A DNA stretch of 64,000 bases from Octopus bimaculoides (taxonomy: Eukaryota): assembly GCF_001194135.2 (NCBI RefSeq), contig NC_068991.1:79010685-79074684 (forward strand), in the 5' to 3' direction. The notes under the pieces are model-generated. The model was not told where the DNA came from. It saw only the letters and a list, made by a program, of their open reading frames with translations, and ran no database searches. Shown piece after piece: positions 54,071 through 64,000 of the stretch. Position 1 is the stretch's first letter; each line of letters starts with the position of its first letter. A program made the translations under genes and the position numbers.

Positions 54071-54176
54071 CGACTACACGTGTTTCATAACCAATTTTCA
54101 AATAGAAAGAATATTTAAATCGATTAAAACTATCGAAAATCAATTCCATTAAAAAATATAGCTAATCTTCAGGTCA
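54071..54176 (-). ncRNA. Type I hammerhead motif with a 79-nt stem II region
   Basis: UGAC-CUGAAGA-[79 nt; UAGCU/GGUUA pair after a U.U mismatch]-GAA-ACACGUGU-A^GUCG: intact core, 8-nt palindromic stem III, 4-bp stem I. Confidence 0.5.
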
Positions 54177-54459
54177 AAATACAACAATAATAATAATAAA
54201 AGAATGTATATATCAACCAACAATAAATACAAATGAATGTATATAAAAAATACTTATTATATTAAGATAGAAAAATATTATTAAAAATATAACCACATTA
54301 TTTACATCTTTCTCCATTTTATATGAATATAAATTGTATGTTTTTATATATATATACCTATTATTTTAAGGACATTTATTTTCCCAAAATACTAGGTATT
54401 AAACTAGTATTTCCTTGGATTAAACCATCGCTTCATGAGGTTAACACAACCTCTAAGCG

Positions 54460-54494
<35 letters not shown>

Positions 54495-54614
54495 TAGATA
54501 GATAGATAGATAGGTATGTGTGTGTGTGTGTATGTGTGTGTGTGTTAGGAAATTCATTTAGCGGATAAGAAACATCCGCAAAGATTATATTTCACATGCT
54601 ATTACTGAATTATT

Positions 54615-54875
54615 GGTGCGCCGGAAAAAGTGATTAGCAGCATTTCGTCCATCGTTACGTTTTGAGTTCAAATCCCGCCGAGGTGGGCGTTGCCTCTCAT
54701 CCTTTCGGAGTCGACAGAATAAGTAGCAGTTGGATACTGGAGTCGATATAATGAAGACACTCCTTCTCCTGAACTTGGTGGCATTGTGCTAATATTGGAG
54801 CCGATGTAATGAAACACTTCCTCCCCCAAATTTCAGGCCTTGTGTCTCTTGAAGAAAGGATTATTATTATTATTA
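54615..54875 (+). mobile_element. SINE family A with (ATT)n tail
   Basis: GAGTTCAAATCCCGCCGAGGT...CATCCTTTCGGAGTCGA...CCCCCAAATTTCAGGCCTTGTG matches the family A consensus in this window. Confidence 0.75.
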
Positions 54876-55674
54876 TCGTCATCGTGTTCCTCATTTATCA
54901 ACTAGTTAATCAATTAAGCAATTAACTAATCTATTATCTGCTTAATCGTCCGATCAAGACGTCAGTCAGTTGGTTTAATTTGTCTGGTTCTTTCGTCACC
55001 ATCCGCGACCACGTCACTCACATGGCTTCGTTGCGTCGAGTCAATCTCGCTGCCGCTCGACTTTGTTATTGNNNNNNNNNNNNNNNNNNNNNNNNNNNNN
55101 NNNNNNNNNNNNNNNNNNNNNNNNNNNNNNNNNNNNNNNNNNNNNNNNNNNNNNNNNNNNNNNNNNNNNNNNNNNNNNNNNNNNNNNNNNNNNNNNNNNN
55201 NNNNNNNNNNNNNNNNNNNNNNNNNNNNNNNNNNNNNNNNNNNNNNNNNNNNNNNNNNNNNNNNNNNNNNNNNNNNNNNNNNNNNNAGGTGTAGTTGTGT
55301 GAGTCTTCGTTTATCTATGTCAGTGAGTGTGTAAGTATTGTTCTTGTACATTGTTGAGTAAGTGAATGTGTAGGTTTGACGAAGAAAAGACTTTCAAAAC
55401 CCATTCTAACTTAGTGTTTTGATAGATTTATCGAACGATCAATCAAGTTTTCGTTTACTTAATTAGTTAAACGATCAACTACTTGACTAATGACAACAAC
55501 AAGTGAAACAGGACCAGAACTGCTACTTATAAGGAGTTAATTATTAATTTAATTAGATTAATTTCGATAGTAATATATACTTTAAATTAAAGCAAAATTG
55601 CTTGGCATTGGAAGAAATACCACTTCCCACTAATTGCTGGAAGTACTTCGAAGATAAAGATCCGAAATTATATA

Positions 55675-55715
<41 letters not shown>

Positions 55716-56036
55716 CCTTTCTATTATAGGCAAAAGGCCTGAAATTTGGGGGAGTGGAATAGTCAATTACTCACTCGCACACACACAAACAAAAGTGATA
55801 TACCTTTGTTTATCTAGCTCAATCTTACACGACTGGCAACAAAATGGCATCACTATATGTTCATTGACAAAAACTGTGCTGCAAAATCGTACTGCACAAT
55901 TTTCTTACTGCCTTTCGTGAGTGAAAATGTCTCAATTTCGAGCGACAGAAGTTTTTACAACATTTTACAAATAAATGTTTAAACGAAGCGGACGGTCATT
56001 GTGTGTTTCTGAACATGTCTTCCAGCTGTAATCGCT

Positions 56037-56075
<39 letters not shown>

Positions 56076-56547
56076 ATCTACATAATATAATGATGCAAAT
56101 AACCAAATACTTCTGATTAAGCATGAAATACGCAATATACAACCATGTGTACATGTACATAGAAACATGTAAATAGAAACATTTGCATCACATTTCATAA
56201 CTAGCTTTTACATTAATTTAATACCAATGTACATTTTGCAGATTCGTCCACAGTTATTTAAATTTCAAACGAATAATTCGGGTGCATTTCCAAACCGAAT
56301 AAGGCATTCTACGCACTTATGGTCTCTATGCCCTTGTATTTGACAGAATTTATCTCTTGTCAGTGCATACTTCGTATTGCATATTATTTTGTGCATATCG
56401 GAGTAATATGATGGGATGAGGACCAAAATAATTTCAGACTAATTAAATTTGTTTTACTAAAATATATTGGTCAGACATAAATAAATAGAAATAATATATT
56501 TCTAAATCTCTCAAAGAGATTTATACAATAGTAGCACGATAAAATAC

Positions 56548-56916
56548 TGTCAACCTAATGTGACAGTCCCATAAAAGGGAAGAATGCTACTGTTATTTAG
56601 CCCTAGGAAACACCGTTTCCTGTTGATATATTATTTCTATTTTCAAAGATTAGTGAATGTATTTCACTTGAAATATATATGTTTTGAAAGGCGGATAGGC
56701 ATCGACGACTAGCAAACCATGCTACTCCAAACTGATGATGGGTAATGACTCTGAAACTAGTCTCTGGATGCTGGCTTTTTGGCTGGAGATGCTTGTCTCC
56801 ACTTTGAAAACATAAGGATACAGGAAATGTGTCAAGTCCAGCAGGAAACGGTGTTTCCTAGGTCTAAATAACAATAGCATTCTTCTCTTTTATGGGACTG
56901 TCACATTAAGTTGGCA
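56548..56916. repeat. 78-bp inverted repeat pair enclosing a 213-bp spacer that contains the hammerhead
   Basis: 56548-56625 and the reverse complement of 56839-56916 match at 72/78. An inner 9-bp inverted pair, TTTTCAAAG/CTTTGAAAA, lies at 56640-56648 and 56802-56810. Confidence 0.9.
56726..56768 (+). ncRNA. Minimal type I hammerhead motif
   Basis: UCCAAA-CUGAUGA-U-GGGU(AAUG)ACUC-U-GAA-ACUAGU-C^UCUGGA: intact core, palindromic stem III, GUC cleavage triplet, one mismatch in stem I. Confidence 0.65.
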
Positions 56917-59900
56917 ACATGCTTTCACTTTATAAATAAATACCCCCACTTTTGAGACGGTAGAGAATATTTCTCTCATAAATTTATTATTTATGATGTT
57001 GTGAATATTATCTCCTCGCTTCTCCGTTTAGTGAGACAGATGAAAATAGCCCTCTTTCACGACTAATTTGTAAAGTTTGTTGGCTTTCTTAAGAGTATAA
57101 CAACCCGGAGTTACCAAAGCTTTTCATGATTTATTTAAAAAGAGAAATGTAATTAGGAACGTAAAACGTATAATTTTGCTATGATCATTTAGTGTTACAT
57201 GTGAAAAAAGCTGACAACTTGCAAATTAAGTTAGTTGATTCTCTAAGTATGAAAACCGTTCTAATGTTTGCAGAGAGAATTGAGAAGTATTGAATCAAGT
57301 TAAATGGTTTCAAAGCTGAACTATTAGGCACAGGGTAACTATAAATACTATAATACAACTAAAATCCTTCTGACTTATAATAAATATCTTAACAGTATCT
57401 TTATAAGTGGTTTTCATTTTAGTTTATACCTTTTAAACACAGAAGAAAAACAAGTGAAAATCTCCCATAAAGAAAGAACTAAAGTAGAAAGTAAAACAAA
57501 AACAAAGATGGTCATTCATCACCTTCTGCACTAAACGAAATGAAAAGTACATCTGAACAAGATAGAGCAAAGTCAGATTACGACTTAATACTCTATTATC
57601 AGGCTGATATCATTATAAGGTTTAATATGTAAGCGGAAAGAAAGTGTTATTGTCTTACTTGAATTGAGGTAGATAATATCTGTTCTGTTTGTGAAGTAAA
57701 AGCCACGGGAAATACGAAAACATTTTATATTTGTCTACGAAAGCTGCTCAAAAATGGAGAGATTATTTGCTTTGATATATCATAAGAAAAGTCCTTTACG
57801 TATGAGGATTATAGCAGCCTTTACTCTCTTCCACTTCAGTATATGGATTATCTTTTTGTTGGATGTAGATACAAAATAAACAACACGTTGATTTCAAGCC
57901 AAAATATAGTTGTGCTTTGTGCTTTTATCACAATAGCATTTCATATTAATCTTTATCTGTCCAAACTTCCTTCAGTTGGAATTATATGACCTCAAACCGG
58001 GTCGCATAATCAATTAGCTAATATATATATATATATATNNNNNNNNNNNNNNNNNNNNNNNNNNNNNNNNNNNNNNNNNNNNNNNNNNNNNNNNNNNNNN
58101 NNNNNNNNNNNNNNNNNNNNNNNNNNNNNNNNNNNNNNNNNNNNNNNNNNNNNNNNNNNNNNNNNNNNNNNNNNNNNNNNNNNNNNNNNNNNNNNNNNNN
58201 NNNNNNNNNNNNNNNNNNNNNNNNNNNNNNNNNNNNNNACACTATTACATCTCATTGAAGAAACCAAATTTTCAGATACCGTTAACTGCGTAAAAACGGA
58301 AAACATTGAAGATGAACATGTACCGCAATATATAACGGAAGGTAAAGTCATTTCTTCATTTGCCGAAGTGAAACTAATACGCCTGCACAAACCATTGAAC
58401 GTCCTCTCCTAGATCTTATAAATGACAGTATAAACAATTCAGTAAACACATACACAGAGACTATTATCGTATCTACATAAGTATATATCAAAAATGACCT
58501 ATAGATATGTTTATATATATATATATATATGTGTGCATGTATTTCTGTATGTGTATGCGTGTATTTTGTGTGTGAGGGTGGATATTTATATACATAAACG
58601 TGCTTATTTTTAGAGGCATATACGCATATACGCACACATTCACGAACATAGACACACACACACACACATATAGGGTAGTGATTTACGAAGCATAATACAA
58701 ATAGGCGAACCCAGGAGACCCGTGTTATAGATTCGAAATATAAAAACAAATTAAGGTATATTAAGTACAACACAAAAAATATTCATTGATGCGTTGATAC
58801 GATATGTCACGTACATAAGCATGTATATACGTACGTGAGACGAGTTGAGTGTCAAAGAGAAGTGTGTGAGTTGAATACAAGAACGACACACACGGACACA
58901 CACACACACGCGGGGACACACACACACGCGGACACAGACACACACAATCAGACATAAACGAAGTGGTGTTCATCAAATCATCACATGATTTCTATACAGT
59001 TCATGTAGAAACTAACATCATAGGTATATGTGTATGTATACAAACACACACACACACACATACATACATACATACATACATACATACATACATACATACA
59101 TACATAAGCATACACACATTTTCTCTCTTCCCAAATGTATACGTTATATCTTTTGTCTACTCTTAGATGTATGACTGCTAGTGAGGAGTCTCGAGGTCCA
59201 TCGAAGTCGATGATAACCATTCAGTTCGCTTCCAGCATAGTGGCGTGGATACTAGTGGATACTCAGAGCTAATTCGGGTTATGCAATACAGAGCAAATGT
59301 AGATTACGATAAATACAAATTTATGTCATTTCTTTTGTCCGTACGTTACAGAATTGTGGCTATTTTCAAACTCTGCGCTGGATAAACCGTAGGTGATTGG
59401 ATGCTATGCCAAAACAGACCTTCAGGGGACAATTTGTTTGCATCATGGCAAAACCAATGCAGAAACCTGCTTAAGGAACAAATATACTGTNNNNNNNNNN
59501 NNNNNNNNNNNNNNNNNNNNNNNNNNNNNNNNNNNNNNNNNNNNNNNNNNNNNNNNNNNNNNNNNNNNNNNNNNNNNNNNNNNNNNNNNNNNNNNNNNNN
59601 NNNNNNNNNNNNNNNNNNNNNNNNNNNNNNNNNNNNNNNNNNNNNNNNNNNNNNNNNNNNNNNNNNNNNNNNNNNNNNNNNNNNNNNNNNNNNNNNNNNN
59701 NNNNNNNNNNNNNNNNNNNNNNNNNNNNNNNNNNNNNNNNNNNNNNNNNNNNNNNNNNNNNNNNNNNNNNNNNNNNNNNNNNNNNNNNNNNNNNNNNNNN
59801 NNNNNNNNNNNNNNNNNNNNNNNNNNNNNNNNNNNNNNNNNNNNNNNNNNNNNNNNNNNNNNNNNNNNNNNNNNNNNNNNNNNNNNNNNNNNNNNNNNNN

Positions 59901-60912
59901 NNNNNNNNNNNNNNNNNNNNNNNNNNNNNNNNNNNNNNNNNNNNNNNNNNNNNNNNNNNNNNNNNNNNNNNNNNNNNNNNNNNNNNNNNNNNNNNNNNNN
60001 NNNNNNNNNNNNNNNNNNNNNNNNNNNNNNNNNNNNNNNNNNNNNNNNNNNNNNNNNNNNNNNNNNNNNNNNNNNNNNNNNNNNNNNNNNNNNNNNNNNN
60101 NNNNNNNNNNNNNNNNNNNNNNNNNNNNNNNNNNNNNNNNNNNNNNNNNNNNNNNNNNNNNNNNNNNNNNNNNNNNNNNNNNNNNNNNNNNNNNNNNNNN
60201 NNNNNNNNNNNNNNNNNNNNNNNNNNNNNNNNNNNNNNNNNNNNNNNNNNNNNNNNNNNNNNNNNNNNNNNNNNNNNNNNNNNNNNNNNNNNNNNNNNNN
60301 NNNNNNNNNNNNNNNNNNNNNNNNNNNNNNNNNNNNNNNNNNNNNNNNNNNNNNNNNNNNNNNNNNNNNNNTTTTTACACATTTCACGAATGAGAGGTGT
60401 GAAAATGTCTTCTTTTGCCATCATCTATAGTTTCTTTCGTACCGAAAATAATGTTTCAAATCGTTCTGTTTATATGTAACGAAAGCAAATGACACTGTCC
60501 ATCCAACTTCACTTAACTCAAAGTGTTCCCTAGAGACGCTGACATTTCTAATAATTATTTCTTTTTTGTCTATATTTCCTTTTCTTACATTTATGTCCCA
60601 TTAATGGAAAATAATTACCTTATTTTATGATGAAAATAGGTCAGCCATTATTCTTTTTAAGATAATGTGCGCACTGCTTCGGAGAAAATCTTCGTTGAAA
60701 TGTTTAAGCTATTAAATTTTTGGTCATTCTAGAACACAACGGTTGATTGAGTGCTACTCTAGCTTCCTCTAATAAACGATAACAATATATACAATTGTTT
60801 GTGTCGCTTTTGTTTCAAGTTTTATCTTATATAATAGTTTTCTAAATCTATTTTCTTTTATAGTATTCGAAGTGGTTATCATGAACATAATTTATTTTTG
60901 TTTGTCAGTTCC

Positions 60913-60979
<67 letters not shown>

Positions 60980-61369
60980 CTCTGCTAGTATTTTTTTTTG
61001 TTATGTGATAAGGTAGAATTTAATTAGCTATCGGCTGGCTCATGAAAAGTGAACCTTCTCAAAATGGTGAGTTACAAAATTACTCCGAAGCACTAACATT
61101 GATATATTGAATATGAAATCGATGTGTTAAAAAAAATAGCATTTGAAAAGTCGTCTGATACATTCTTGCAGAAACAAACGTATAAATACAAATCGACATC
61201 TCGGAAATTGTTATTGAATACAGAGTGAAAGTAAATGACAATAGTTGTGAGAGAAGTAATATATTCTAAAGTCACTGGATATCTTATGTGAATGACAGGG
61301 AAGACTGGGATATTGTCGTCATTGGTTCTTTGGCCATATAAATAGGAGTAAGTCTTAAATTATTGCGCA

Positions 61370-61600
61370 GAAGGTCTCAGACTGGTGATGTCAATATAAA
61401 TAATGTTCAGCTTGAAACTTTCTAGGCTTATATAAGACCTGCACAGTGGGTAAGATTGAGAAGGGTGCAATGCAAGAACAGAAAAAAGGAGTGAATTATG
61501 CGTTTTATGAAAGGCTGAGGAGTAAAACAGAGAGATTGTGAGATAATAAGTGGGTGCTGCAAATGGTGTATGATATGAGGTAGAGTGCACATTGCCTATT
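61370..61600 (-). mobile_element. Possible CR1/L2-type LINE 3' end relic
   Basis: YSSAFHKTHNSL...SYISLESFKLNIIYIDITSL resembles the C-terminal SFFPRT..WNSL..SYNLQSFK motif. Confidence 0.35.
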
Positions 61601-61624
61601 CATAGAATCAGAAACTGTAGTAGC

Positions 61625-61647
61625 AACATTAACAACAATAGTAGTAA

Positions 61648-61740
<93 letters not shown>

Positions 61741-61800
61741 CATCAGCAGCGGCGTTAGTAGTAGTGATAGTAGTAGTAGTGGTAGTTTTAGTAGTAGTGC
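61625..61800. repeat. (AGT)n trinucleotide array with GTC/GCA variants
   Basis: Read directly from the sequence. Confidence 0.95.
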
Positions 61801-62458
61801 AGGTGATTGAGAGAAGAAGCAATAAATCTGTGAACCAGTTATTCTAAAATAGTCTATTTGATTTAAAGCACACTAAAGCATCGACGGCGTTTAAAGCAAG
61901 CCGTGTATATTTACATCTATCACGTCCGTGTACATTCAAACACAGAAAGAACTTTGCTGCGTTTCATTTAATCAACTACATCTTAACAATGTTTTGCACA
62001 CGACAGCAAATTTATTATTTGCTATTTCTCATGTAAGGACAGTTCTTAGTGGACTATGAATGGCTTCAGTGACTGTACCTGATGCAGGATAACGATGCAG
62101 AAAGCAGTTTCCTATAGTCCGATGACATGATTTTTAACTTAGCTCAGTGTATATTCACATACATTGTGTAAGGGGAGATTTTCTTTACAACGAGGTATTT
62201 CCATGTTTTTAAATGTACACGAATATATTAAATAAAACGCCATTTTACTTTACAGGTAATTGCATCTTGCCATTAAGCTGCGTGACATTTTAAAGAATAT
62301 TCGCGAAGCAAACAATACAGAACTGGTTGTTAATACACTTATGACCAATTTTTCTTTTAAAATTAATCCTGTTTTCTCTTTTAATATCGATCTACGTCTG
62401 ATTCCTATTTTTGTATGTGCGTGTTAGTTTATATATATATATATATATGTATATATGT

Positions 62459-62496
<38 letters not shown>

Positions 62497-64000
62497 GCAT
62501 TAGTGTATAGATTTAAGTATAGTAGCGTGGATATGTGTGAAAATAAATATGTTAGTATTAGGCATGTAATTGTCAATGATCGTAATTCTCGTTGCTCACA
62601 TATTAGGATAAATTAAGGAAAGCTCAAAGACGTCGAATGAATACATAAGATGATAATTTAGTGATATTTAGTGGGCATTTTATAACCTCCGAAATTGATG
62701 CTCATGGGGAAAGAAGGTATCAGTACCATAATTTCCTGTTTCCACTTACGCTTAATATAGATGCTTTGAAAATAGAGATGCCTAGTGCATTGTCGAATAT
62801 AAGCCAACAATATGCGATACTTTCCGACGTCTCTTCCGACTTTTATATGTAAGAGGAATAAGAATGAATGGTTCACTGCCTCAGCCGTGATTAAAAACAA
62901 CGTCAGCAAAATCAATTTGGAGAGCAAACAAGCGGACCTCTGTGTCGTTAGAATTAGAGGCGATCAAATCTTCCTCTAATTATATATCCAGATTATTTTC
63001 GAAAAAACAAAAAACAAAAAAATGAAAATATTGGAAAATGCTGCTATAAATACATTGAATCAGAATAAATGATGGAATATACAAAGCTATAGCATCTTTG
63101 AGCATGCATACGGAACTGAACAGGATCTATAAAAGAATAACAGTTTGAAATTTAAAAAAAAATTGTAATCATTGGATGAGATGATTTCAGAGTGACAAAG
63201 TTTTGCACACGCCAGCAAATTTGTTTATTTATTATTTGCTATTTACATATTGAAACAGTTCTTAATGGGCAATGATCGACTGACACGGAGTCTGTAACTG
63301 ATAAAATGTAACGATGCAGAACGTGCCCAAGCGTTCAATGACATTATATATTGACTAGCTTGATATGTTTTCACCCGCATTCTTTACAACGAGAATTTCT
63401 TCTCATGACCGCCTAATCATTATGAATTCTCTCAGCAGGGGTTGAATTATCGTGTTCCTACAGTCCAACTTCGTTCATTATTTCCCCCCATCAAATAACT
63501 TTTGTATTATATGTATTTTTTTCCCTAGCTAGCAGATTGTGTATATTTGATTTCAGAGCCACATGTATCTCAATTATAGCTGAATGCTACAAAAGCTCAT
63601 GCTAGTACACGAGGTACACATTTAACCGTCAATCAAATGATTATTTTTATGTATTTGCTATGCAATTTTGTCCTTAGAATTCAAAATATTAACATTTGAA
63701 GTTATTTGTATTTTTCACCGTGTTAGCATTACGACAAAATATGACCAACTAGTTTATTCAAACTTTTCTATGAATCAAACTTAATTAGGGTTGATGCTGA
63801 ACTATTCATAATAATGTTGAATATTTTGCCATCGAAAAGTCGGTAACATTTATTGTAGCTTGCAAGCATACGGAAATGTAAGAGAATGTGGTATTCTGAA
63901 TTTCGTTTCTTTTGCAAAATTCCCTTAAATGTGTAAATATTTTAAGTTCAAGTCGTGGTAAATAATAGACAAATTTGATTAGCCGGATTAGGTGAGGTGA

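Overview
Eukaryotic, AT-rich, microsatellite-dense draft-assembly DNA with many N gaps. It is probably a coleoid cephalopod such as Octopus; this is inferred from the repeat families as I remember them and was not checked. One protein-coding gene is clearly supported: a minus-strand group II-like metabotropic glutamate receptor (class C GPCR). It has a large first coding exon (43211-44821; ATG at 44579; signal peptide and Venus flytrap domain) and a second exon (35389-36446; end of the flytrap domain, 9-Cys domain, TM1-TM6), joined by a frame-consistent phase-1 GT-AG intron. The terminal exon (TM7 and C-tail) was not found in called bases, and an upstream non-coding exon is implied. The rest is intronic or intergenic: many tRNA-derived SINEs of two or three families, a Tx1/L1-clade RT fragment, a Chapaev3-like transposase fragment, decayed LINE relics, simple repeats and local duplications. 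The most interesting unexplained signal is a set of minimal type I hammerhead-ribozyme motifs with palindromic stem III, of the kind known from Penelope-like elements. Near-intact copies lie at 10053-10098, 54071-54176 and 56726-56768, with decayed copies in the 4373-4978 element and at 9330-9365. They occur either at the tip or in the arms of long inverted repeats, or next to (TA)n-type tracts. Almost all long ORFs in the supplied track are artefacts of microsatellites and N runs.
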